Shown here one piece after another: positions 1 through 9,593 of a stretch of 64,000 nucleotides of DNA. The stretch covers positions 1,588 to 65,587 of the forward strand of contig JAALXO010000075.1 of assembly GCA_035161305.1 (NCBI GenBank), in the 5' to 3' direction. The notes under the pieces are model-generated. The model saw only the letters and a list, made by a program, of their open reading frames with translations, made no database searches and had not been told where the DNA came from. The position numbers were made by a program, and so were the translations under genes. Source of the DNA: Candidatus Hestiella acidicharens (lineage in GTDB: Archaea > Thermoproteota > Thermoprotei_A > Sulfolobales > Acidilobaceae). Positions within the stretch are counted from its first letter, which is position 1; the number at the start of each line of letters is the position of its first letter.

Positions 1-57
1 ATAAATAAGGTCTTCACCCTTCGAGATAGCTTTAATAGGCTCCGAGCCTTTACTATT

Positions 58-597
58 ATGGGTGAAAACATGAGCGACAGACCTAATAGGAGGAGATCAA
101 TATTCGATCTCTTTGACGATATTATAAGGCAAATGGAAGAAGAAATGAGGAACTTTGAAGAGAACTTCGGAGGATTTAATAACATTGCAAAGGATAGTAA
201 GAAGGAGAATCCATTCTACTATGGCGTAAGGATTTTCGTAGGACCCGATGGGATCCCAAAGGTTGAAGAGTTTGGGAACGTGAAGAAGGGGAGATATGGG
301 AGGCCTATAATAAGCGAAGAAATAGAGCCAATGGTAGACGTAATAGAAAGAGACGATGAAATATGGGTTGTGGCTGATCTACCAGGAGTGTCTAAGGAAA
401 ATATAAATGTTAGGGCCACCGAAGATAAAATTTACATAAAAGCCCAAGGAGAATCAAGGAAGTATTCTAAGGAAGTCGAGCTTCCTTCTAAAATAGACAC
501 CGATACAGTTAAGGCCTCATATAAAAATGGCGTCCTAGAAATAAAGGTAAAGAAAAAGAAGGAGGAATTTAAGGGAAAAGAAATAAAGGTAGAATAA
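58..597 (+). CDS. hsp20: Small heat-shock protein (Hsp20/alpha-crystallin family)
   Basis: EPMVDVIERDDEIWVVADLPGV...ASYKNGVLEIKV alpha-crystallin signature; archaeal FYYG...GPDG.P.VEEFGNV N-terminal motif. Confidence 0.95.
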   Translation: MGENMSDRPNRRRSIFDLFDDIIRQMEEEMRNFEENFGGFNNIAKDSKKENPFYYGVRIFVGPDGIPKVEEFGNVKKGRYGRPIISEEIEPMVDVIERDDEIWVVADLPGVSKENINVRATEDKIYIKAQGESRKYSKEVELPSKIDTDTVKASYKNGVLEIKVKKKKEEFKGKEIKVE

Positions 598-615
598 AAA
601 CAAAATGGTGATAAA

Positions 616-966
616 TTGTTTGAAGGGCTAGCCAAAGATATTATTGAATCTTTCAACTCTGAGGTCGGTGCATTTATATTTGATAGGAGGCTCATAAAGG
701 CTTCTGATGTAAACAATTTAATCCAAAGGGCAGGCCTTGAAAGCCTAATAAAGAATGTAAATGTTGGAAACATCACCGTACTTTTCATCGATAAGGAAAG
801 CATTGAAAAAGGATGCCTATATGAGAAATGCACTGATATAGAAGAGAAGGGCTATAAAAAGAGTTGCGTGAAGAAATGCGCAGAGGAAAGCATTTCTCTG
901 CTAAAGAGGAAAATCGAGAAAAGCCTTATAGAAGCAACTAACACTTTTAATACTTCTAATACATAA
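616..966 (+). CDS. Hypothetical protein with two CX3C motifs
   Basis: 116-aa ORF, TTG start preceded by GGTGA at 607-611. Confidence 0.7.
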   Translation: MFEGLAKDIIESFNSEVGAFIFDRRLIKASDVNNLIQRAGLESLIKNVNVGNITVLFIDKESIEKGCLYEKCTDIEEKGYKKSCVKKCAEESISLLKRKIEKSLIEATNTFNTSNT

Positions 967-985
967 CTTTAAAGAACAACAAGCA

Positions 986-1243
986 TTAGCTTTGCAGAGC
1001 CTCTCCTTTGTTTATATACTTTGACCACTTCTTTACATACATATTTATTACAAGCACGAGCCTTTGCACTGCATCAGGCTCTATGCAAGCAGTTTCCATC
1101 TCTTCTCCGTCAGTAGTAATTATATGCACCTTTTTGTATCCCTTTGGTCTCTCGCACTGAATGATATTATATTCCTTAATTAGACCATTCATTGCCAACC
1201 CCTCAATTTCTATAACCTTTATTGAATTCTCCGGCTCAGGCAT
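986..1243 (-). CDS. Hypothetical protein
   Basis: 85-aa ORF with protein-like composition, GGTGG/GTAGG upstream of ATG, convergent with neighbour. Confidence 0.65.
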   Translation of the reverse strand: MPEPENSIKVIEIEGLAMNGLIKEYNIIQCERPKGYKKVHIITTDGEEMETACIEPDAVQRLVLVINMYVKKWSKYINKGEALQS

Positions 1244-1383
1244 CCTACCACCTACTGTTTAATTTTATGTGGAAAGATTAAATATGATTTCTTAATATAT
1301 TATAATACTATGAGAAACGTTATATGAATGAGAAAATTTATTCTCTCCACGCTGCCTGATTTCCCTTAGGTATTCATTTCATC

Positions 1384-1540
1384 TTTATATAAGTTTATAG
1401 TAATATCTAGAGGGCTTCACCTCATTCAAATGAATTGCTAGCCTCTATGAGATTATGGATAACATTTGAGGCTAATGGTATAGGAGCCTCCATTCGTTAT
1501 TTCCAATAAGGTTTGGAACATTACTTTCATAGCTCATTAT
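1384..1540 (+). repeat. Dispersed degenerate repeat family A, copy 1
   Basis: Shares TTTATATAAG start, CACCTCATTCAAA and TAGCCTCTAT with the reverse complement of 3711-3854. Confidence 0.75.
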
Positions 1541-1679
1541 CTTAATGCTAACGTGCTATAACTTACTCTAACATCAAAACATATTCTACCCATTTTATAT
1601 TCCCTGAGGCCGATTTATAATAAGTACTTGCGAAAACATTTTTAGCATATAATGCAGAATTCATTAGCAGGTTTGAAGG

Positions 1680-2633
1680 TTGGAAATAAAGAGGTACGAA
1701 GGAAAGCTATCAATAATAATGCTAATAATTTTACTGACTCTGATGTTCTTGGTGTTTTCCTTTATGTCTGGTACACCACTAAAAGCTGTAAAATACATAG
1801 AAGAAGGTGGCTTAGTGCTTATTTATTCCTTTCTTCTAATAGTGGCTTCGGAAGTTGTAAAATCATTTCGTTATTATCTTTTAGGTAGAAAATTAAGGCG
1901 CAGCCTAAGTTTAAAGGAATCTATACTAGTGCAGTTTATTGGATATTTTGCAAATATATTAACGCCCGGTGGTATAGGAGGGATACCAGCTAGTGCTTCG
2001 CTGTTATCATCATATGCTGATCTTAACCTTGGAGAGTCCTTGGGTTATGCTACACTTCAATCCTTCTTTGACATAACAATCCCCGTATTGATTTCATTAT
2101 ACATAAGCTTCTATTTCCTACCAAAGTCTATACTGCTCATACTATTTTCCTTACTTTCAATAACGCTATGGATCTCTGCTTTCAGCCTTAGAGTCAAGAA
2201 CTTCTTGATACGTTTAGTCAAAAAAATCATTAAAAGGGATATGGGGGGCAGGATAGAAAATGAGATAAGCACCTTCCAGAACTCTTTAAAAATAATATGG
2301 AAGGAAAAAGAGCTTGCGCTGTACCTTTTTCTGATAACTTTAGTTGCATATTTTATTCAAGCCTTTTCCATTAATGTGTTATATGTGCATGTATCAATTC
2401 TAAGGATATTCACCAGTTTAATGTTCTTCTATGTGATGGCCTCATTTCCAACACCTGGAGGCGAAGGAGGGGTGGAATATGGTCTATCCTTCCTTTTACC
2501 CCTGAAAACAGTTATAGAATGGAGAGCCTTGTATGTATTTAGTGCACTCCTTTCAGGTATTTTCCTCATCTTCAGCATAAGGGACATTAACAATTATATA
2601 AACAAGTTTCTTGACATCTTGGGTGGGTTTTGA
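1680..2633 (+). CDS. Lysylphosphatidylglycerol synthase TM / flippase-like membrane protein (UPF0104)
   Basis: Multi-TM; FANILTPGGIGG and PTPGGEGGVE motifs. Confidence 0.85.
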   Translation: MEIKRYEGKLSIIMLIILLTLMFLVFSFMSGTPLKAVKYIEEGGLVLIYSFLLIVASEVVKSFRYYLLGRKLRRSLSLKESILVQFIGYFANILTPGGIGGIPASASLLSSYADLNLGESLGYATLQSFFDITIPVLISLYISFYFLPKSILLILFSLLSITLWISAFSLRVKNFLIRLVKKIIKRDMGGRIENEISTFQNSLKIIWKEKELALYLFLITLVAYFIQAFSINVLYVHVSILRIFTSLMFFYVMASFPTPGGEGGVEYGLSFLLPLKTVIEWRALYVFSALLSGIFLIFSIRDINNYINKFLDILGGF

Positions 2634-2684
2634 ATTTAATACTACTTATTTAAGGGTTTATTAAACCTAGGAAACCATTAGAAA

Positions 2685-3449
2685 TTGAGGTTAAAGAATA
2701 TGGACAAGAAAGACAGGAGAATCATAATAACACCCCCGACGCACCCTATGTTTATATCATTATATATACTAGGGGCCATTTTAATCGTGCTGTTTGCTTT
2801 CCATTTCCCCGTATACGTTGCGATGGCTTCTTATCTAGACTATGCACTAATATTGGGTATAGTCTCTGCAACACTTATCATATTGAGTCCACTACTAAGC
2901 TTTGTTAATATAATATTCAAAACTATAGGTACTGGTATAACTGAAAATGTTATGGAGATGGAGTACGTTGATTTCTTTGGGGTGCCTATACCCATACCTA
3001 GGATATCTTATAGAGAAGCAAAAATGAGGATAGCTGTCAACCTTGGAGGGGCAATTACACCTTTAGTAATCTCTATAATTCTTTTCATTTTAATGGTCAA
3101 CTCTCCATTCTCTAGTGTATTCTTTAGGGCAGTCATAGTTTCTTTTGTAGTGACTACAATAGTTACTTATTTTCTAGCAAGGCCTATAAGCGGAGTAGGT
3201 ATTGCCATACCAGCGTTTATCCCACCATTGGTCTCCGCTACTGCTTCGATACTATTAGCTGGTATAGGCCCTGCAGCAGCCACTTCAGCCTACATAAGCG
3301 GAAGTATGGGTAGCCTCCTCGGGGCTGATATATTGCACATAGCCAGGGAGCCTGAAAAAATATTTGCTCCTATGGTAAGCATAGGAGGCGCTGGTGTGTT
3401 TGATGGGGTATTCCTGACGGGAATAATTGCATTTGTGCTAGCGCTCTAG
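2685..3449 (+). CDS. DUF1614 family membrane protein
   Basis: IAVNLGGAITP, ARPISGVGIAIP, GSLLGADI, SIGGAGVFDG motifs. Confidence 0.9.
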   Translation: MRLKNMDKKDRRIIITPPTHPMFISLYILGAILIVLFAFHFPVYVAMASYLDYALILGIVSATLIILSPLLSFVNIIFKTIGTGITENVMEMEYVDFFGVPIPIPRISYREAKMRIAVNLGGAITPLVISIILFILMVNSPFSSVFFRAVIVSFVVTTIVTYFLARPISGVGIAIPAFIPPLVSATASILLAGIGPAAATSAYISGSMGSLLGADILHIAREPEKIFAPMVSIGGAGVFDGVFLTGIIAFVLAL

Positions 3450-3710
3450 TCAAATAAAGTTTTATAAAAATGTTGCTTGCAAGACCTCACCCTTTAAGGC
3501 TGGGAACACATAAGGAGTAGGTAAGATTAAGTGCTTTGCAGAACGGTAAAATTCAAAATAATCCATAAGGAGATAGTAGCGATATGAGCCCCTCTAGGAG
3601 GGTCTTCTCATTAAGGGGCAATCAAACTTCCCTTGAAAACCCTAGGGAGTAGAAAATATCTTGTTGATTAATGAAGCACTTGTATAGCTTGCCAGTCAAG
3701 TAATTATTTG

Positions 3711-3854
3711 AATGACGATGGAAGCAACGCTCCAAGCCCCTCAAGGCTTAGATTTGCCCCGTGCCATTTGCTTCAAATACTACTCATAATAGAGGCTAAT
3801 AAGTCCTTTTGAATGAGGTGGAACTCCCTAGGCACTAACATAAGCTTATATAAA
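3711..3854 (-). repeat. Dispersed degenerate repeat family A, copy 2
   Basis: Reverse complement shares GAGTTCCACCTCA and GGGGCTTGGAGC with 14087-14240. Confidence 0.75.
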
Positions 3855-3871
3855 GTGGTTGAAATGAACAC

Positions 3872-4900
3872 CTAGGGAGAAACGGTAACCCACGTAACTA
3901 TATCTATCTCATATATTGACATACTTGGACTATATTCAATTACCTTTCTTGGCTTTCCTACTTCAAAGCTATAGGGGCACTTTATAGAACCCCTTATCTT
4001 ATTGAGTATGTTGCTATTCTTGCTCTCTAAAACATAAAGAAATATTGTTGATTTTCCTTTCTCTAATAGGTTGCATGCGCTACTTAAGTAATTGATAGAC
4101 ATTGTAGGGTTGTTCATTATTATTTTATTAAATTTATTTGCAATTATCTTATCTAGGCGTGAAGAATCTGCCCTCATAAATGTTACATCTCCTTTAAGGA
4201 TTTTTTTATTAATATGATAGTTACGCTCAGCCAGATATATTGCATATGGGTTTATATCGACTCCTAATATATTAGCTTTTCTTTTTTTTGCTATGTTTAT
4301 CGAAAACCCTCCAATACCTGTAAACATGTCTAAAACGCTGTCGCCATCATCTATAAGATCTGCTATTCTCATGTGCTCCCCTGCAAGCCTTGGATTGAAG
4401 TAGGCCTTGGCTAGGTCAATATAAAACCTAAGGCCATTTTCTTTATGTATTGTTAACCTCTTATCTTCACCTTCTAGTAATATTAACTCAGGTATCCTGA
4501 ACTCTCCTAAGGTCGCAGTTTTTGCATAAACCGCTTTTATCCTTGGATTCATTTCCATAATTTGTCTAGCAGCTTTTTTAAGTAACCCCATATCTTTTTT
4601 GTAGTTAATTATTGCTATATCACCAATTATGAGGTAACTAGAAATTCCTGGGATTACCTCACTTAACCTCTTAAAGCTATACTTGTATTTCTCGAAGCTA
4701 TCCTTACAGATTTCAAAGGTTACCCCACTCTTTTCTAGTAGCCCCCTTGTAAGCTCAACTTGGGAGACCGCAAAGGCTATTTTGTCCTCAATTCTTTTAG
4801 GCTTTAAACCGCTCCTTAACGCATTTCCATTCTTTAGGATATCTAGTACCTTTTTTGCATCTTTTTTGTTTACGCACACGCAGTTGCTTATAACATCCAA
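3872..4900 (-). CDS. trm5: tRNA methyltransferase, Trm5/Taw22 (Met-10+) family
   Basis: IIGDIAII, HKENGLRFYIDLAKAYFNPRLAGEH, VLDMFTGIGGFSI, DINPYA, IIMNNP motifs. Confidence 0.85.
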   Translation of the reverse strand: MDVISNCVCVNKKDAKKVLDILKNGNALRSGLKPKRIEDKIAFAVSQVELTRGLLEKSGVTFEICKDSFEKYKYSFKRLSEVIPGISSYLIIGDIAIINYKKDMGLLKKAARQIMEMNPRIKAVYAKTATLGEFRIPELILLEGEDKRLTIHKENGLRFYIDLAKAYFNPRLAGEHMRIADLIDDGDSVLDMFTGIGGFSINIAKKRKANILGVDINPYAIYLAERNYHINKKILKGDVTFMRADSSRLDKIIANKFNKIIMNNPTMSINYLSSACNLLEKGKSTIFLYVLESKNSNILNKIRGSIKCPYSFEVGKPRKVIEYSPSMSIYEIDIVTWVTVSP

Positions 4901-4962
4901 TTTTGTGCGATCACCAAAAGTAGTTTAAAAATATAACCTTTTTAGATTTATTATTAAAGAAT

Positions 4963-5279
4963 TGCAGGCCAGGATAGCGGTCCACGGGCCCTTGGCCTGA
5001 GGAAACACCGCCCTCTCGGTGGCGACCGGGCCCTGATGGGCTGGGGCAATACCCCAGGCAACGGTACAGAAACGACACGGCCTCCATCAGATGTTGATGA
5101 TGTGGTAAGGCCTCCTTGGTAACAAGGAGGCAGAAAAGCCACGGAAAATGGTGGAGGATGCGATGAAACGACCGACCCCGGTGGAGCAAGGCTGGGGGTG
5201 ATGAAGAGCCACGTAAACCCCCAAAGGCCGCAGAGTCAAATGCCGCAATACAGAAGGCGGGTTATTATCCTGGCCTGCA
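4963..5279 (+). ncRNA. rnpB: RNase P RNA
   Basis: P1 helix TGCAGGCCAGGATA/TATCCTGGCCTGCA; conserved regions GAGGAAAC..CCGCC, ACAGAAAC, TGAAACG, GAGCAAG, ACAGAAGGCGGGTTAT; GC-rich island in AT-rich DNA. Confidence 0.95.
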
Positions 5280-5479
5280 TGTTTACAACTGAAAGCTTTG
5301 TCTTTTAAGGCTGAAATGCTTATAATTTGTGAATGTATTTAAAAAGTCCCCATAACCAGGGTTTCCTAAATGAAATAGAAGTAACTGGGAATAGATGCAA
5401 AATTGAGGAATCTCTGAGCAGCTCGACTACCCCGCAGGTGTATCCCGGATAGGTGCTGAGAATTGATAAATGCCCTAAA

Positions 5480-5515
5480 GGAGACCCTCGCCCTTTAGGG
5501 TAGGGAAGAAGTCAG
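5480..5515 (+). mobile_element. IS200/IS605-family end hairpin (orphan remnant)
   Basis: GGAGACCCTCGCCCTTTAGGGTAGGGAAGAAGTCAG matches the end motif also seen at 15276-15309 and 51490-51523. Confidence 0.7.
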
Positions 5516-5588
5516 TTAAAATATACCTTTTGGTATATACAGAGCTTATCTTTTATAAGCTTGGAAAATAAAGTTTACTAGATGAAAG

Positions 5589-6443
5589 TTGGTGAATGGT
5601 TTGACTCGGTATGGAATAATACTTAAACCAAACAGCAAGACTGCAGAGTCCATAGCAATAAAGGCTATTGATTTGTTAAGAAGTCATGGGATAGAACCCC
5701 TCGTGGAAGTAGAATCTATGAAGTCATCAGTTTTACTCAAAAACTATGAGACCTTTGAGCTTGAAAAAGACAGTGTAGAGAGGCTTATAGTAATAGGAGG
5801 AGATGGAACCTTATTGAGGGCAGCAATGAGGAAGAAAAGCGAAAGTTGCATTTTTATGACAATCAGGGCAGGAAAGAGAGGTTTCATGCTGGATGTAGAA
5901 GAAAACGAACTAAAGGAAAGGATTAATGACTTTATTAGGGGTAACTATTATCTAGTAGAATATCCAAGACTTTTACCAATTTTCAATGGGGAAGAGAAAA
6001 AATGTGCTATGAATGATATAGCCATCTTTACGGCTGATGGTGAGCTTGTTAAGGCAACCGTTAGCTACAATGACGACAAGATATATAACGTAGATGGCGA
6101 TGGCGTAGTTATTTCGACTACAATAGGTTCTACAGCCTATAGCCTAAGTGCAGGTGGCCCTATTATAGATCCGAGGCTTAACGTCATCGTAATAACCCCC
6201 TTAAACCCAATACAGCTACACCTCAGACCAGTTGTCATTCCATTAAAAGGTTTGATTAGCATTGAATTTAAAGAAGATAGTGGAGAATATTATATAAACA
6301 TAGATGGACAGGAAAAGATACGCTCTAAATCGAAATCATTATTAAAGGTAACCCCGTGCAAACATACAGTCAAGATAGCTCGCTTTAGGTGGTGGGAGGA
6401 CTACTATGAAAGGCTGTTCAACAGGCTGCTCATATACTGGTAA
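5589..6443 (+). CDS. nadK: NAD(+) kinase
   Basis: VIGGDGTLLR, AMNDIAI, DGDGVVISTTIGSTAYSLSAGGPI motifs. Confidence 0.95.
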   Translation: MVNGLTRYGIILKPNSKTAESIAIKAIDLLRSHGIEPLVEVESMKSSVLLKNYETFELEKDSVERLIVIGGDGTLLRAAMRKKSESCIFMTIRAGKRGFMLDVEENELKERINDFIRGNYYLVEYPRLLPIFNGEEKKCAMNDIAIFTADGELVKATVSYNDDKIYNVDGDGVVISTTIGSTAYSLSAGGPIIDPRLNVIVITPLNPIQLHLRPVVIPLKGLISIEFKEDSGEYYINIDGQEKIRSKSKSLLKVTPCKHTVKIARFRWWEDYYERLFNRLLIYW

Positions 6444-6834
6444 ATGCATTGTTTTAGATACAGGGGCTTTCTTGACTGCGTTCGTGACAGAAACTCCTTT
6501 CATTTCATTTACCACACCTAGTGTTATAAACGAAATAAAGGACAATTTATCTAAAAGGATCCTTGAGATGTCTCTTGCAGCAAAAAAAGTCTCCGTTTTA
6601 GAAGTAGACAACAACTACAGACAAGAAGTAGTTAAAATAGCCAAGAATATGGGGTTAAATAAAAAGTTAAGTGCCGTAGACGTTGAGGTGCTCGCATTAT
6701 CCTATTGTTTAAAAAAGGAGTCAGGGGAAGTCTACATAGCTACAGATGACTACGCAATGCAAAAGGTTGCAGTAACCCTAGGAGTAAAGGTAATAAAAAT
6801 AAAGTATCCTGGAATCAGGGAATTGAAAAGTTAA
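6406..6834 (+). CDS. nob1: NOB1-family PIN-domain endonuclease
   Basis: IVLDTGAFL, TTPSVINEIKD, LSAVDVEVLAL, IATDDYAMQKVA PIN motifs. Confidence 0.9.
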   Translation: MKGCSTGCSYTGKCIVLDTGAFLTAFVTETPFISFTTPSVINEIKDNLSKRILEMSLAAKKVSVLEVDNNYRQEVVKIAKNMGLNKKLSAVDVEVLALSYCLKKESGEVYIATDDYAMQKVAVTLGVKVIKIKYPGIRELKS

Positions 6835-6853
6835 GACTGAAGAAAAGAAAGGC

Positions 6854-8146
6854 CTAGAGGTTTCTATATGTACTCGACCTAAGGTCAAAATAGGAGGCAC
6901 CTTCTATCTCTACTAGCACTCTTCTACCAATAAGACCTTCATCTCCATCTATAGCTACAGGAAAGTAATTCTGCATCCTGCCTACAACATAGGATTTTTT
7001 GAAACCCCTTGAAGTCACTAAGACTTCCTCTTCCCTACCTATATAGGTCCTGTAAATCTTCTCTGCTTCCTCGCGTATTATTTGGTTTAACATTCCACTC
7101 CTCTTCTTCTTTATAGGCTCTGGCACCTGTTGCATTGAAGCTGACCTTGTCCTAGGCCTTATGCTATACTGGGCTAGATACACCCTTTCAAACTTAAGTT
7201 CCCTGAGTAACCTAGCAGTATTATTAAAAGATTCTTCATCCTCGCCAGGATGACCAACAATTATATCTGTTGCAAAAAGCGAACTGGGGAATTTGGCTTT
7301 AATTTTCCTGTGGAGGTTTTTAAATTCCTCTACAGAATAATTCCTATTCATTACCTTCAAAAGGTTCTCATCGCCCGATTGAACTGGTATATGAAAGAAC
7401 TTAAACACCCTATCATCCCTGTATAGCTCTAGAAGGTTATCTATTATTTCCATTGACCTGTTTGGTGTCATCATACCTATCCTTAATCTGTAATCCCCAT
7501 CGACCCTATCTATTATCATAGAAACAAGTTCATCAAGCCTCGTTTTTGGTACGAGGTCAAGCCCATATGCTGCCGTATCCTGTCCTGTAAGCCTTATTTC
7601 TTTTACACCATTTTTCACAAGCTCTTGAATTGTATTCACTATAAGACGAGGCTTATAAGACCTTAAGGTTCTTCTGGCAAGTTTTGTTATACAAAAGCTA
7701 CAATTATCGAGGCATCCTTCTGCTATCATTATCGTTGCAGTACTATCCATGCTAGGGGGAATAAAAATTTTTTCATTGTCCCTCTCTCCGTTAAGCAGTA
7801 TTACCTTCTTGTTAGACTCAACAACCTCTAGTATTTTTGAAACGTTTTGAGGAGAAATAAGGCTGGCATCTGGTAACGTTCTTTCAACAAGCGAAGGTCT
7901 AGCCTTAACAAGACAACCAGACACAACAATTTTGGATCTCGTTGAGTAACCTTTTATCTCCTTCAACCTTTTAATTATTTTGATCTCTGTATCGAGTCTT
8001 ACGGCGCAAGTATTAACGATAATGATTTCTGCCTCATCTATGTTATTTGTCATCCTGTAGCCGTTAGAATTCAAAAGGTAGATCATAGTATTACTATCGA
8101 AACGGGATAATGGGCAACCATACGTTTCAATATAATATTTCTTCAT
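6854..8146 (-). CDS. mtaB: tRNA t6A37 methylthiotransferase (MiaB-like/MtaB radical SAM)
   Basis: UPF0004 N-terminus (ETYGC, VNTCAVR, SGCL), CLDNCSFC radical-SAM motif, C-terminal TRAM domain. Confidence 0.92.
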   Translation of the reverse strand: MKKYYIETYGCPLSRFDSNTMIYLLNSNGYRMTNNIDEAEIIIVNTCAVRLDTEIKIIKRLKEIKGYSTRSKIVVSGCLVKARPSLVERTLPDASLISPQNVSKILEVVESNKKVILLNGERDNEKIFIPPSMDSTATIMIAEGCLDNCSFCITKLARRTLRSYKPRLIVNTIQELVKNGVKEIRLTGQDTAAYGLDLVPKTRLDELVSMIIDRVDGDYRLRIGMMTPNRSMEIIDNLLELYRDDRVFKFFHIPVQSGDENLLKVMNRNYSVEEFKNLHRKIKAKFPSSLFATDIIVGHPGEDEESFNNTARLLRELKFERVYLAQYSIRPRTRSASMQQVPEPIKKKRSGMLNQIIREEAEKIYRTYIGREEEVLVTSRGFKKSYVVGRMQNYFPVAIDGDEGLIGRRVLVEIEGASYFDLRSSTYRNL

Positions 8147-8190
8147 GGCTCAGCCCCTCTCTAATGCTCTAAAGTATCCTATGATATTAA

Positions 8191-8751
8191 TCAACCTTTT
8201 TCAAAGAATTTTGGAAGCCTAACACCCCTCTGTCCTTTGTAGCTTCCATTATATGGCCTTTCCGAAGGCGTCTCCATCTTAACTAAAACTAGGTGTAGAA
8301 ACCTCTCACCAGCATATAGCCTTACTGGAAACTCGCTTCCTATTACTTCTATGGTAAGTTCCCCTTCAAATCCAGCATCTGCAACTGTACTTGGTATATA
8401 GATTCCTGTCCTTGCCCACGTACTCCTTAAGTTAACAAGACCTACAAGGTAGGAGGGTAGCCTTATGTATTCCATTGTATGCAAAAGGTAGTGCCTTTGG
8501 GGCATTATAGTAAAGCTATCTGATTTCTTACATTCATAAAAGTTTGTAGGTGGCAAGGGGTCGTGTGGATCTAGTTCTTTTTCTGTTTTCTTAAACTCGC
8601 AATATTCATGTCCCAGCCTCAGATCAAGGCCATTCTCCCTTATTGTATCTGATTTAATGGGTTCTATGACTAGCTCTTTTGACCTGAGTAGCACGTTTAT
8701 GTCCCTATCGCTCAATATCAAGCTAATCCCCGTAGAAGATAGTGACGACAA
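8191..8751 (-). CDS. dcd: dCTP deaminase
   Basis: ILSDRDI, IRENGLDLRLG, LRSTWARTGI, VADAGFEGELTIE, YNGSYKGQRGV. Confidence 0.95.
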   Translation of the reverse strand: MSSLSSTGISLILSDRDINVLLRSKELVIEPIKSDTIRENGLDLRLGHEYCEFKKTEKELDPHDPLPPTNFYECKKSDSFTIMPQRHYLLHTMEYIRLPSYLVGLVNLRSTWARTGIYIPSTVADAGFEGELTIEVIGSEFPVRLYAGERFLHLVLVKMETPSERPYNGSYKGQRGVRLPKFFEKG

Positions 8752-8888
8752 GGTTTAAAGCTCATTTACTATTCCTAGGTTTTTTAGATTCCCCTGAATA
8801 GACTCCGTTTCCTGCCCTAGATAATCGTAAATCTCTCTAGGGTAGGCTATTCTCTACTCAAGACTTCACCATGGTCTCAAGCCACGTG

Positions 8889-8932
8889 GAGGTCATGAAT
8901 ATCTTTTGAGGTAAATAGAATGAGCCCCATAT
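8889..8932 (+). repeat. Possible further fragment of repeat family A
   Basis: GAGGTCATGAATATCTTTTGAGGTAAAT..GCCCCAT resembles GAGGTCATGGATGGCAGTTGAAGCCAAC (14150s) and GAGATTATGGATAACATTTGAGGCTAAT (1450s). Confidence 0.45.
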
Positions 8933-9078
8933 TCCCATAATAATCCACATAGACCTAATAAAAACCTTTACCTCAGGAATTGCTTATAACCCTTACCTAA
9001 TAATTACTACCATAGATAGTAATCTAACTGGAAACATCTGTATTCCAACGAAACCCTTTTAAAATACCCCATATTAAT

Positions 9079-9492
9079 ATGAGCAACGGTGATAGTGTGA
9101 GTAGCAGGCTTGCTAAGGGCTTTGGAGCTCTAATAAAAGAGGTTTCTGGTAACAAGAAATATAAGAAAATAATGGCATTAGTAGCATTCATTTCAATAGT
9201 TGCAGCCCTCTTTACAGGAGTAGCTATATCTCATGCAGCCACTTCTTCTGCAAAATCTACAGTAGCCTCACCAACAAGTATTTCCGGGAAGGCAATAGGT
9301 TCTGGGCTTGCTATAGGCTTAGCTGGAATTGGTGGTGGAATTGGCGTTGGGGTAGCTGGTGCAGCAGCGATAAGCGCAGTGGCTGAAAACAGAGAAATGT
9401 TTGGTACAGCATTCATATTCGTGGTTCTCGGCGAAGGTATAGCAATTTATGGGCTTCTTGTTGCAATAATTATATTATTCGTTCTCCCATAG
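9079..9492 (+). CDS. atpK: A/V-type ATP synthase proteolipid subunit K (c)
   Basis: GLAIGLAGIGGGIGVGVAGAAAISAVAENRE...FVVLGEGIAIYGLLVA with the ion-carrying Glu. Confidence 0.92.
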   Translation: MSNGDSVSSRLAKGFGALIKEVSGNKKYKKIMALVAFISIVAALFTGVAISHAATSSAKSTVASPTSISGKAIGSGLAIGLAGIGGGIGVGVAGAAAISAVAENREMFGTAFIFVVLGEGIAIYGLLVAIIILFVLP

Positions 9493-9593
9493 ATTGAAGG
9501 TGTAAGCCCTGCCTCCAAACTTTTTTATATAGCCTCTCTAGCTTTTAATAACCCTTAATAAACCCATCTTATTTTATTCTTAAAAGAAATCGG

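Noticed and set aside
3480-3510. Possible degenerate IS605 end (GACCTCACCCTTTAAGGCTGGGAA)
   Set aside because: Too degenerate to support as a feature
4911-5189. ORFs 4911-5189 (-) and 4954-5142 (-)
   Set aside because: Antisense shadows of the GC-rich RNase P RNA gene
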